Shown: positions 9,127-18,417 of the stretch, piece by piece
How the letters are laid out: each line of letters opens with the position of its first letter
Position numbering within the stretch: the first letter of the stretch is position 1
Assembly (NCBI GenBank): GCA_016215705.1
Contig: JACRIR010000209.1
Coordinates: forward strand, 16,530 to 80,529
Source: Candidatus Poribacteria bacterium
GTDB lineage: Bacteria; Abyssobacteria; SURF-5
Length of the DNA stretch: 64,000 nucleotides
Direction: 5' to 3'
Notes under the pieces: generated by a model
Database searches by the model: none
Seen by the model: only the letters and a program-made list of their open reading frames with translations
Told to the model about the DNA's origin: nothing
Translations under genes and position numbers: made by a program

Positions 9127-9624
9127 GTCATTCCGGGACCATTTGGTGTCATTCTGAGTCCTCGGTGTCACATTCTGAGCCCTTTGGTGTCATTCTAGCC
9201 CTCGGCGTCACATTCTGAGCCCTTCGGTGTCATTCTGAGCGAAGCGAAGAATCTCCTTTCTCACACCAGCCATTGCTTAGGTCTTCCCATCGGGGGTTGA
9301 CCGCTTCGATCAAGGCCATCTTCTTTGCTCGCAGCCAGCCTTTGATTTGTTTTTCACGCGCGATAGCTGCCTGAACGTCATCGGTTTCTTCGAAGAATAC
9401 GAGGCGGGTGATATTGTATTTCTTTGTAAAACCGGGCACGAGTCTTTCCTTGTGCTCGTTCACTCTTCTAACCAAATCACCAGTTACGCCCGTGTACAGA
9501 CACCGTGATTTGTTGGTCATTATGTAAACATAATAACGCTTCATTGGAGTGCAAGAAGAGATTCTTCGCTTCGCTCAGAATGACACCAGAGGGTTCAGAA
9601 TGATATTTTGCGCTCAGAATGGCA
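9126..9624. mobile_element. putative GIY-YIG nuclease cassette bounded by inverted repeats and outward tandem arrays
   Basis: 30-bp perfect IR at 9226-9255 and 9558-9587 around the nuclease; five truncated units to the left and two to the right; mobility is inferred. Confidence 0.6.
9230..9544 (-). CDS. small stand-alone GIY-YIG nuclease
   Basis: YYVYIM...LYTGVT...RRVNEH...AIAREKQIKGW...NPRWEDL; last residues and stop (SLRSE*) are encoded by the repeat. Confidence 0.9.
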   Translation of the reverse strand: MKRYYVYIMTNKSRCLYTGVTGDLVRRVNEHKERLVPGFTKKYNITRLVFFEETDDVQAAIAREKQIKGWLRAKKMALIEAVNPRWEDLSNGWCEKGDSSLRSE

Positions 9625-9665
9625 CATTACGCCCGCGATAACATAGATTTGTGTCTTGTTGCCAA

Positions 9666-9694
9666 TCCAAAATCTAGAATCCAAAATCGAAAAT
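9666..9694. repeat. AAAATC[CTG] heptamer tandem tract
   Basis: ATCCAAAATCTAGAATCCAAAATCGAAAAT right after the dehydroquinate synthase II stop; similar tract at 61913-61931. Confidence 0.6.
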
Positions 9695-9698
9695 AAGG

Positions 9699-10691
9699 TC
9701 ACTTCTCCTGCAGCGTCTCTTCTATTTTCATTCCGAAATGCCGGCCGCCTGCCTCGAGATGTACGAGCGTCTCCGTGCCCCTCTGCAGTGACGCTACAGA
9801 GACGGATTTGCCGCCGGGTTGGACGAGTCGAATGGTTTCGGCGTTTTGCAGGATTGTCGACACGCGCTTGTCGCCAACCTCCGCGACCACGAGCACGAGA
9901 GGGCGTCTCTCGATCTTGCAGCGGCCGACGCTGGCAATCTGGGTGCTGCCCTTGTGGTCGACCACCATAACCTCGTCTCCGGTTGCCAGCTCTGAGAGAT
10001 ACCGCGTCTTGCCGTCAGGATTGAGTATATAGGCGTGGACCGGCCCGGCGTTCACGCGGAACGGCCGAGCGGCCACGTAGGGATTCTCCTCGGATTCCGA
10101 TTGCACGAGAAAGAAGGCGTCGCTCGCGTTTCCGATAAGCATCCCCTGGCCAGGATTCATCTGGCTGCACGTGTCGATGCACACCCTGTCACCCATGCCA
10201 AGCAGCTTCGTCTCGACGACCGTCGCAGTTTCTATTCTAAGTGTAGGCATGATGCCGTGGATAATGTCGACAGTCTTGCCCACTTCGTTTGCGTCCTCGG
10301 TGAAAAGGACGACGCCGTCAACTCCCTTTTCCAGTATATTTACCGCAGTTCGGGCCGTCTTCGAGTCCTTGACTTCGACAAACAGGCCTCCACGCTGCGC
10401 GATAAGGTTTTCAAGCGGTATGATCGTCCAGTCCTTCATCCGCAAAATCAGAAGCTTGTCTTTAGGCGAACGGGCGGCCCGGACCTCGTCGTCCTTCCCG
10501 TTGACCTCGATGGACAAGACGTCTTTTCCGGGCTTTATATCGCCGTCCTCGGCTACCGTGGAAATCAGCCCGAGCTCTTTCACCCTGGCGGTGCATCCCC
10601 TCGGGACCACGACCGCGTCAGCCCCGCATTCGAGCGCGCGTATGACGATATCCTTGTTCCATGGGTCGGCGTTCACCCAGATTCTCTTCAT
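9699..10691 (-). CDS. 3-dehydroquinate synthase II (archaeal-type AroB')
   Basis: DWTIIPLENLIA, GDRVCIDTC, RPFRVNAGPVHAY, QNAETIRL, GRHFGM. Confidence 0.93.
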   Translation of the reverse strand: MKRIWVNADPWNKDIVIRALECGADAVVVPRGCTARVKELGLISTVAEDGDIKPGKDVLSIEVNGKDDEVRAARSPKDKLLILRMKDWTIIPLENLIAQRGGLFVEVKDSKTARTAVNILEKGVDGVVLFTEDANEVGKTVDIIHGIMPTLRIETATVVETKLLGMGDRVCIDTCSQMNPGQGMLIGNASDAFFLVQSESEENPYVAARPFRVNAGPVHAYILNPDGKTRYLSELATGDEVMVVDHKGSTQIASVGRCKIERRPLVLVVAEVGDKRVSTILQNAETIRLVQPGGKSVSVASLQRGTETLVHLEAGGRHFGMKIEETLQEK

Positions 10692-10727
10692 CGGCTACTT
10701 CTCCGGGAATTCCTTGCTCCTCTTTTC

Positions 10728-10768
10728 GTTATTCGGGGACACGATGTCGCATCGTGTCCCCGAATAAC
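10728..10768. repeat. GGGGACAC-core palindrome, copy 3
   Basis: GTTATTCGGGGACACGATG-TCG-CATCGTGTCCCCGAATAAC between the two aro genes. Confidence 0.88.
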
Positions 10769-10770
10769 AG

Positions 10771-11565
10771 TTACTTCTCCAGGACCAGCTTTGCCTGCTT
10801 GGCGGTTGCTCCGTCGTGCACGATCTTGCCGATCGCCTCGACAATCTTCTCCGGATTCCTGTGCTGGAAAGCGTTCCGGCCTATTGAAACACCGGCCGCG
10901 CCCGCTCTAAGCGCATTCTCGACCATGATGAAAAGCTGCGCATCAGTCTCGACCTTCTCGCCACCCGCTATGACGACTGGAACGGGGCAGCCCTTAACAA
11001 CCTCCTGGAACGACTCGACGCTGCCCGTATAATTGCACTTGACGATGTCCGCCCCAAGCTCTGCGCCTACCCGCGCCGCATGCTTCACATATTTCACATC
11101 GTATTCGCTTTCGATCTTCTTACCCCTCGTATACAGCATGGCAAGGAGCGGCATCCCCCACTGGAAACATGTCGTGGACACTTGCCCGAAGTATTCCAGC
11201 ATCTGTGTATCCTTCTCCGCCCCCAGGTTGATGTGGATGCTCACGGCGTCGGCGCCCAGCCTGACTGCTTCCTCCACCGTGCATACGGGAACCTTAGTGT
11301 TCGGGTCGGGGCTCATTGAAGTGCTGGCTGAGAGGTGAATGATGAGACCGACGTCTTTGCCACTGCCCCTGTGGCCGACTGCAACGATTCCTTTGTGAAT
11401 TATGATCGCGTTGGCGCCGCCTTCGACCACCTTATCTATGGTTGTCGGCATATCGACCAGGCCCGCAATTGGTCCCATCGTCGTCCCGTGGTCCATGGGC
11501 ACAATCACTGTCCGGTGCGAATTCCTGTCCAAAATCCTCTCGAGTCTTATCTTCTTGCCAATCAT
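10771..11565 (-). CDS. 2-amino-3,7-dideoxy-D-threo-hept-6-ulosonate synthase (class I aldolase, AroA')
   Basis: Start [11 protein letters not shown] with AAAGGA RBS; [24 protein letters not shown]; adjacent to DHQ synthase II. Confidence 0.88.
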   Translation of the reverse strand: MIGKKIRLERILDRNSHRTVIVPMDHGTTMGPIAGLVDMPTTIDKVVEGGANAIIIHKGIVAVGHRGSGKDVGLIIHLSASTSMSPDPNTKVPVCTVEEAVRLGADAVSIHINLGAEKDTQMLEYFGQVSTTCFQWGMPLLAMLYTRGKKIESEYDVKYVKHAARVGAELGADIVKCNYTGSVESFQEVVKGCPVPVVIAGGEKVETDAQLFIMVENALRAGAAGVSIGRNAFQHRNPEKIVEAIGKIVHDGATAKQAKLVLEK

Positions 11566-11709
11566 AGCGATTCCTTTCACAAAGATTTTATGATTATATA
11601 CGCTCTCAATAGTTCTCAAAAGCTCAATGAACGAACGATATTCTACTCCATACCTGTCCGAAAAAGCAAAGAAACTCCTCAAATTCGGCCAATTTGCTAT
11701 AATGTTTTC

Positions 11710-12672
11710 ATGCCCTATTCTCCTTACGGCTATTACCTTTGGGATTTCTGGCTCATCCACGAACCACCCGACTATCATCTCTTCCATCTGCAAGCGCCCC
11801 GCAACCTGCCGGATCCCGAGTTGCGTCACAACGCGGCCACAATCGGTCACGCGACCTCTTCCGATTTGCTCCACTGGACTGACAAAGGCGAAGTCATTGT
11901 TCCCGGCAAACCCGGCGAATGGGACGACCTGTCCGTATGGACCGGCAGCGTCATCAAGAGCGAGGGTCTCTATCATATGCTCTATACAGGTCGCTGTCAC
12001 GCGGATCAAGGGGCAATTCAGCGAATCGGCCTGGCCCGCTCAGGGGACCTTTTCAATTGGGAGAAACATCAAGGCAACCCCATCATGGAGGCGGACACGA
12101 AGCATTACGAGAAGTTTGGCTCGTGCGGCTACTACTGGGAATCGTGGCGCGATCCATACCTGCTCCATGACCCGGTCGGCCACTGCCATTACGCATTCAT
12201 TACCGCGCGCACAAATCAGGGCGAGCTTGATGAGAGAGGCTGCATCGCTGCAGCCAAATCGACAGACTTGTTTCATTGGGAAATCCTCCCACCGCTTTTC
12301 AGTCCCGGAAAGTTCACTGAGATGGAGGTCCCGCAAATTCTCGAATACGGAGGGAGAAATTATCTGCTCTTTTCAACTAACCCGTTCTGGTATGCGGCCA
12401 GCTATCTGAAGCGGACAGACCTCGTTCCGTGGGAGGGAGATCATTATGCTGTAGCTGATTCTTTTCTCGCTGAATATCGCATGGTCGGCGACGGCGTCCT
12501 CTCGCGCTCAAACGAACACGCATACGCCTCGAAGATCGTCATCGCTCCTTCAGGCGCGCTTGTCCTTTTGTCATGGCTTTCGAGATTGTCCGGCAGCGAC
12601 GAGTTCGCAGGAGCGCTTTCGCGTCCGAAACCCATCCGCTTCAGTGCCGACGGAACGCCGCACATCGATTAA
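11710..12672 (+). CDS. GH32/GH68-like (clan J) five-bladed beta-propeller glycoside hydrolase
   Basis: WDFW, WTGS, WRDP and MEVP motifs; start reassigned to ATG 11710; no signal peptide. Confidence 0.75.
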   Translation: MPYSPYGYYLWDFWLIHEPPDYHLFHLQAPRNLPDPELRHNAATIGHATSSDLLHWTDKGEVIVPGKPGEWDDLSVWTGSVIKSEGLYHMLYTGRCHADQGAIQRIGLARSGDLFNWEKHQGNPIMEADTKHYEKFGSCGYYWESWRDPYLLHDPVGHCHYAFITARTNQGELDERGCIAAAKSTDLFHWEILPPLFSPGKFTEMEVPQILEYGGRNYLLFSTNPFWYAASYLKRTDLVPWEGDHYAVADSFLAEYRMVGDGVLSRSNEHAYASKIVIAPSGALVLLSWLSRLSGSDEFAGALSRPKPIRFSADGTPHID

Positions 12673-12776
12673 TCGAAAGGCGATAGGTGCAAGGCGAAAG
12701 GGTACGAGTCCAAAGAGAAAAGGGCGAAAGGGGAAAGAGCGAAAGGGAAACAAACAAGGTTCTCTCTTTCACCTCT

Positions 12777-15395
12777 TCAAACAGGCAGTATGATCTCCAC
12801 CGTGGTTCCTTCGTTGATCTTGCTTCTTATGTTCATGCTTCCATTATGCGCTTCCACGATCTTCTTGCAGATAGAAAGGCCCAGTCCTGTGCCCTTTGTC
12901 TTGGTCGTGAAGAAGGGCTGTTGGGCGTGCTCCAGATTCTCTTCACTTATTCCGCAGCCGCTGTCGGTGATAGAAACACTCAAGGTTCGCGTACCGGCGC
13001 ATTCCTTGAAACCTGAACGTATCCAGATGTCGCCCCCTTGGCTCATCGCTTCTGTCGCATTAGAAAGGAGGTTTGCCAGAACCTGGACAATCTTTCCGGC
13101 GTCGACAACTATCTCCGCTCCTTCCTGATCCAGTTCGAGATGAACGGCAAAGCCTTGAATCTTACTGGTCACCGTAGTCAAAGCCTGTTTCACAATGTCA
13201 CGGAGCGGCCAACGCAAACGTTCAAGCGCAACCGGCCTTGAATGTTCCAACAAATCCTCGATGATACGGTTCAGCGAGGTAATACCATAATCAATTTCGT
13301 TCAAAATCTCCTGCCTGCTTTTGTTCTCATTCAGTTCTTTCCGGATAGTGTCAACTCCCATGCGAATATTCTGCAGGGGATTCCTGATTTCGTGAGCCAC
13401 GACTGACACCATTCGGCCAATCGATGCAAGGCTTTCGGCTTGCTGGAGCTCCGCCACTTTTTTGCGGACTGTCGCATCGAGACTCTCCGAAAGGAGTCGG
13501 TAGCGTTCTTCAGACCCGCTCAATGCTCTCAGATACAGGCTGTTTCGCATGGCAATAGCGGCATGGTCGGCAAAAGCCGCTGCCAGCCGGGCGTCGTCAA
13601 CGGTGAACCCCCCGGGCTTGTTCGCAAGCCCTATGATACCGACGGTGTTTCCGTCCAGAAGAAGCGGGGCGAAAAGAACGTTTTCCAGCTTTGCGTGGCC
13701 GGGTGGCAGAAATGTTGTCCATGTGGACTCTGGGAAATTGTTTTCATACACGGTTTTCCCCGAGCTATATGCTTGGCCGCGCAATCCTCGGATCGGCATC
13801 GGGGCGGAAGGGTCAACATTGCATGGCATTCCTCCTGCCTCCAGGAACACAACCTCGTTTTGCGTTCCATCCTCGCTCAGGAGGCCAATATATCCGCCGG
13901 TTGCTCCAACCAGGCTCCTGCAGGACTCGAATATCGCCCTTGCGGCTTTCTCAAAATCCTGGTGTTCGAGGATAGAGTGAGAACTTCGGAGTAACGCCGA
14001 AGCCTCTTCGCTGTGTTTGCGCGATTCCTCAAGGGCTTTTCGAATTGTCTCTTCTGCCAAGTTGCGGTCGGTCGTATCGCGGACGACAGCGAGACCCCCC
14101 ACGATTTCACCCAACACATTGAAGAGCGGAGAATAATGCGCTGCAAAGAATCCTTGCCGACCTGTCTCCGGCACGAGGTACGGCCTGTCAGATGTAAGGT
14201 TCGTCTCGCCTGCAAGCGTTTTGGCGAAGTATTTGTCTTCCTCTGTCTCCTTCAAGAACGGGAAGACATCGAAAGCGCATCTGCCGAGGGCCTTTTCCTT
14301 GCTGACTCCGCTGATACGTTCCATTCCGGGATTCCATACGGTGTATCGGAATTCACGGTCAAAGGCGAGGATGCCGTCAACGCTGCTGTTGATCAGATGT
14401 TCGGAGAATTCCTTTTCGGCTCGCAGTTGCTCTTGAGCCTTCTTGCGTTCGGTAATGTCATCAATGGCGAGGAGAATCGTGCCGGCGCCTACGCTTTTTC
14501 GATAAATCTGGCGGCCATTAAGTACCATCACTCTGCGACCGATGCCCGTGAATGTGTTTTCTACCTCGAAGTCTTCGAAATGAGTTCTGTTTGACAAGAT
14601 ATCTTTCAACAATTCCTGCAGTTTGGGAATGTTCCACTGACCGCTTCCAAGATCGGAGACAAGCCTATTAATTGTTTCTTCTTCTGAAACCCTGAATGTC
14701 TTATAGAAAGCCCGATTAGCCGAAACGACTCGCAGGTCAGCATTAAGAACAAGGAGAGGTTCTCGCACAGTTTCTACAATGCTCTCGGCGTAGGCTCGTG
14801 CCTGCTTCGCTTCATCTTCCGCCTTCTTGCGCTTGCTGATATCTCGAATCAGCCATCGCACGCCCGTCAATACGCCCTGTTGGTCTCCAATAGCGGTTGC
14901 GGTTATTGCAGCATAGAAGACAGCCCCTCTTCTCGGCTGCATGCGCACTTCCCAATTCTCCACTCGATCAACCTGCGCGTGCCGGGAAAGACGAGCGAGA
15001 AAAGATTTTCGCTCCCCTTTGGCCAGAAAGAGAACCAACGGTTTGCCGATAAGAAATTTCTGCGTGACGTTCAGCAAGGCCGAGGCGCCACGATTGGCCT
15101 CTAGGATGATGTGGGCGGCATTGGTTACTAAGTAGCCGTCCGGAGCAAACTCGAACAACTCCTGATAGCGATGCCGTTCTGCCTCGGCGGTCTGGCGGGC
15201 AGCGGCAAGTTCCTCATTTTGCTGGCGAAGTTCCTCGTCCGCGACCTCTAATTCTTCCAGAGTGTTCATCAATTCTTCGATGACTTCCGGCAAGACATCG
15301 TCCCTTCGAATCTCCGCGCCAGTGCTGCGACTACTCAGTTCCGTGACCCGTCGTCGCAACTCTCCTATCTTGCGATCAAATTCGGAATATTCCAT
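12777..15395 (-). CDS. multi-PAS/GAF sensor histidine kinase with N-terminal EEL-rich coiled coil
   Basis: Three PAS-like segments, a GAF-like segment, AHEIRNPL H-box, NLLSNA, DSGCG, PFFTTK, GTGLGL. Confidence 0.92.
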   Translation of the reverse strand: MEYSEFDRKIGELRRRVTELSSRSTGAEIRRDDVLPEVIEELMNTLEELEVADEELRQQNEELAAARQTAEAERHRYQELFEFAPDGYLVTNAAHIILEANRGASALLNVTQKFLIGKPLVLFLAKGERKSFLARLSRHAQVDRVENWEVRMQPRRGAVFYAAITATAIGDQQGVLTGVRWLIRDISKRKKAEDEAKQARAYAESIVETVREPLLVLNADLRVVSANRAFYKTFRVSEEETINRLVSDLGSGQWNIPKLQELLKDILSNRTHFEDFEVENTFTGIGRRVMVLNGRQIYRKSVGAGTILLAIDDITERKKAQEQLRAEKEFSEHLINSSVDGILAFDREFRYTVWNPGMERISGVSKEKALGRCAFDVFPFLKETEEDKYFAKTLAGETNLTSDRPYLVPETGRQGFFAAHYSPLFNVLGEIVGGLAVVRDTTDRNLAEETIRKALEESRKHSEEASALLRSSHSILEHQDFEKAARAIFESCRSLVGATGGYIGLLSEDGTQNEVVFLEAGGMPCNVDPSAPMPIRGLRGQAYSSGKTVYENNFPESTWTTFLPPGHAKLENVLFAPLLLDGNTVGIIGLANKPGGFTVDDARLAAAFADHAAIAMRNSLYLRALSGSEERYRLLSESLDATVRKKVAELQQAESLASIGRMVSVVAHEIRNPLQNIRMGVDTIRKELNENKSRQEILNEIDYGITSLNRIIEDLLEHSRPVALERLRWPLRDIVKQALTTVTSKIQGFAVHLELDQEGAEIVVDAGKIVQVLANLLSNATEAMSQGGDIWIRSGFKECAGTRTLSVSITDSGCGISEENLEHAQQPFFTTKTKGTGLGLSICKKIVEAHNGSMNIRSKINEGTTVEIILPV

Positions 15396-15640
15396 GTCTA
15401 CAACCTAACCGGTATTGGATGCTCCATTCATTTGCCGACAAGAGAAAGAGAACAACTCAACTCAACTCAACTCAGGCTGGTGTAACATTAATATAACAAT
15501 ATTGAGTCTTGCATCATCCTTGTCCGGAAGCAAGTAAGACGTTACTCGCCATGGTGAGCCCTTTTCCCTCCAATCCTTCAGTCCCTTTTGGCCTCCGCCT
15601 CTTTTAACCGGAACCATGAACTCGGAACCATGAACCCTCC

Positions 15641-17509
15641 TTAATGTGTCTCCCCCTCCTCCATCAATATGATGACGCCTTCGATTTCCTTCGTGGCGCC
15701 GATCAAAGGCGAGCTGGTCACATGGCATTGTATCGCCTTGCCACGACGGCTTATGGCGTCCACGGTCGCTTCGTGAATGTCGGTTTCTCCGGCAAGCACT
15801 GCGCGAATGAGTCCTTTCAGTTGCTCGACCGGCAGCCCGATATCCAGATTCAGGAGGAACTGGTCCTTCACCTCATCGGCCCGCAGTCCCCACAAGTCTT
15901 CCGCCTTCTTGTTCCAATTGGTGACTTTGAGGTTTCGGTCCACGACAACTACTCCCATGCGTACCCCGCCAATAATGGATTCGAGGAAAGCGTTCATCTG
16001 ATTCAGCATATCGGTGCGCTCGCGCAGCTCGTCATTGATCGTGTTCAGTTCCTCGTTGGTGGCTTGCAGTTCCTCGTTCATGGTTTCCATTTCCTCGCTG
16101 GAGGACTGGAGTTCCTCATTTGTGGTCTCGAGTTCTTCGACGGTAGACTGCAATTCCTCGTTTGTAGTCTCGAGTTCCTCGCTCGAGGATTGGAGTTCCT
16201 CATAGGCGCTCTCAAGTTCGTTCGTGGACTGTTCGCACTCGCGCTCCAACTGATTATAACGAGTTACGTCGGTGAATGTCATGCTCACGCCAAGGGAGAT
16301 TCCGCTGCTGTCAAACAGAGGCACTAGATAGATATCCAAATACTGAGGTTCCCTTTCGGGGAAAGTTCGTTCCACGTTTGTGATGTAGACCGATCTCATC
16401 TCCGAATAAGCCTGTTTGATACGCGAACGGAGTTCCAACGGCCGATACGAAACTTCCAGTTCGTGAAAGGGTCGGCCCACATCCCTGATGTCCAGTCCGA
16501 ACAGAGACAATGCTTCGGCATTCGCCATCGTCAGGTTCTCATTTTGGTCCACGACCATCTGCGCCGATGGAGCTCTCTCGAAGACAGCTTCCTGCAGTTG
16601 GGGGTACGGAGCCTGAAGCTCACGCGCCGCGGCGCAGCCGGCTTCGACCACGACTGGCGCGCGTCCTTGCAGACGGATAGCGCCGGGTGTCTTCTTGAAA
16701 ATGCGGTATTTCAGGTTTGTCGGCACAAAGAGATTCGTGTGCGTGAGTATCATTTCCGCCTTACCCAGAAAGAGGAACCCGTCGTCATTGAGGGCGAAGT
16801 GCAGGCGGCTTAGTATCTTATTCTGAGTCTCGGAGTTGAAATACATAAGGGTATTGCGGCAAACGAGCAGGTCGATGCGCGAGATAGGAGAGTCCTTCAT
16901 AACGTCATGAGCCCCGAAAATAGCAGAACGGCGAAATTCAGGCGAGAAGGCGTGACGGTCTTGTGCTCGGGTGAAGTATTTGTCTTTGAATTCGGCGGGG
17001 AACCCCTCCATTTGCGCGTCGCTGTAAAGCGCATGGCGCGCTTCATTCAAGGCGTTTTCGTCTATATCCGTGGCATATATCTTAACTCGTTTCTTGAACT
17101 GCTCCGCCCCCAAAGCTTCCGCAAACACGATGGCAAGGCTGTAAGCTTCCTCGCCCGAGGCGCAGCCCACACTCCACACTCGGATGGGCTCCCCTTCCGG
17201 TTTTCCCTCGATTATCTGCGGGACAACTTCATGCGCAATGTATTCCCATGCGGGCGCATCCCGGAAAAAACTGGTCACGTTTATCAGAATCGTATTGAAC
17301 AGATGGGCGAACTCGTCGGGGTGTACCTCGAGGTAATCCATGTAATCGCCGTAGTCTTGTTTGTTCACCGTCTGCATTCTCTTGTTGACACGGCGCATCA
17401 GGCTCGTTCGCTTGTAACCGGTGAAGTCGAACCCGCGCTCCCTTTTTATGAATTCAAGGAGAGCTTCAAATTTGGGGTCGTGCGCAGGGTCCTTCTTCTG
17501 GTCGGTCAT
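15641..17509 (-). CDS. cheR: CheR-type glutamate methyltransferase-PAS-coiled coil-PAS protein
   Basis: INVTSFFRD, RVWSVGCASGEEAYS, ATDID, CRNTLMYF; EELETTNEELQS heptads. Confidence 0.9.
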   Translation of the reverse strand: MTDQKKDPAHDPKFEALLEFIKRERGFDFTGYKRTSLMRRVNKRMQTVNKQDYGDYMDYLEVHPDEFAHLFNTILINVTSFFRDAPAWEYIAHEVVPQIIEGKPEGEPIRVWSVGCASGEEAYSLAIVFAEALGAEQFKKRVKIYATDIDENALNEARHALYSDAQMEGFPAEFKDKYFTRAQDRHAFSPEFRRSAIFGAHDVMKDSPISRIDLLVCRNTLMYFNSETQNKILSRLHFALNDDGFLFLGKAEMILTHTNLFVPTNLKYRIFKKTPGAIRLQGRAPVVVEAGCAAARELQAPYPQLQEAVFERAPSAQMVVDQNENLTMANAEALSLFGLDIRDVGRPFHELEVSYRPLELRSRIKQAYSEMRSVYITNVERTFPEREPQYLDIYLVPLFDSSGISLGVSMTFTDVTRYNQLERECEQSTNELESAYEELQSSSEELETTNEELQSTVEELETTNEELQSSSEEMETMNEELQATNEELNTINDELRERTDMLNQMNAFLESIIGGVRMGVVVVDRNLKVTNWNKKAEDLWGLRADEVKDQFLLNLDIGLPVEQLKGLIRAVLAGETDIHEATVDAISRRGKAIQCHVTSSPLIGATKEIEGVIILMEEGETH

Positions 17510-18138
17510 GTGGCGTCACCTCTCATCACGAGAGTCACAATGGCTGACGAAATTTCGGGCAGTGGCAATACGAAGTCCACGTCTCCCGTCTGAATGGCTG
17601 CGGCCGGCATGCCGAAAAATTCCGAGGTTTCCTCATCCTGCGCAATCACGGTTCCCCCCATCTTCTTTATAGCACGCACGCCCATCGAGCCGTCACTGCC
17701 TGTGCCTGTTAAGACTATGGCGATCGCACGCTCCTTGTGACTGGCGGCTACCGATTCGAATAGCAGGTCGGCCGAAGGCCGAACGAAATGGACCAACTCC
17801 GACTCGGTGAGTGAGAGGGAACCATCGGTGTTCACGAGGAGATGCCGGTTTGGGGGCGCAATATAGACGGTGCCGGCCGTCAATACATCGTCTTTCTCCG
17901 CCTGTTTGACTCGCAAAGGCGTGTGCCGGGATAATATGTCGGCCATCAGGCTGCGGTGTCTCGGATCAAGGTGTTGGACCACAACAATAGCGGCCGCAAA
18001 ATCCATGGGCAACCCGCGTAGAACATCCTCGAGCGCCCTCAGCCCCCCCGCTGATGCAGCTATGGCCACGATGTCAAAACCTGCGCCCGAGAAAAAAGAT
18101 ACCTTCTCTGCTTTGCCTGTTTTCTCACGCTTCATCAT
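17506..18138 (-). CDS. cheB: stand-alone CheB methylesterase domain (no receiver)
   Basis: AASAGG (Ser), VQH (His), RPSAD, LTGTGSDG (Asp), GMP. Confidence 0.92.
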   Translation of the reverse strand: MMKREKTGKAEKVSFFSGAGFDIVAIAASAGGLRALEDVLRGLPMDFAAAIVVVQHLDPRHRSLMADILSRHTPLRVKQAEKDDVLTAGTVYIAPPNRHLLVNTDGSLSLTESELVHFVRPSADLLFESVAASHKERAIAIVLTGTGSDGSMGVRAIKKMGGTVIAQDEETSEFFGMPAAAIQTGDVDFVLPLPEISSAIVTLVMRGDAT

Positions 18139-18283
18139 TTATGCGCCTTGAGAGCCTCTAATTCAGATCAGCCGGACGGCACCGCGCGGAGAATTGGAAA
18201 CTGTAGCGACTACCCTCACCTCACTTTTTGTTATTCTATCACAGATCTTGTCAAGAATAAACTGTCCGGGACTGTTCGCCAAT

Positions 18284-18312
18284 TTGCAAACGGTGTCGAA
18301 CGGTGCTAAAAT
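18284..18312 (+). promoter_or_regulatory. putative sigma70 promoter of the tat operon
   Basis: TTGCAA, 17 bp, TAAAAT with TGn extension. Confidence 0.5.
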
Positions 18313-18417
18313 GGAAATGTTGGAACGTTGTGAAAGGCGCCTGACGCCGAACGTGTCAGGCGTTTTTCACCAAAAAGGGTGCAAGAAATGAAATCTGAGA
18401 GTAGGGAGGTGAGTTGA

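Noticed and set aside
9126-9255. Repeat array next to a nuclease read as a CRISPR array
   Set aside because: Units are only 18-22 bp in total with similar short tails rather than unique 25-45 bp spacers; no cas genes.
11335-12009. Apparent long overlap of the aldolase and hydrolase ORFs
   Set aside because: Both ORF-track starts are over-extended; motif-supported starts at 11565 and 11710 remove the overlap.
16040-16220. 21-bp periodic GAGTTCCTC DNA repeat
   Set aside because: Explained by the EEL heptad coiled coil of CheR, not an independent DNA element.
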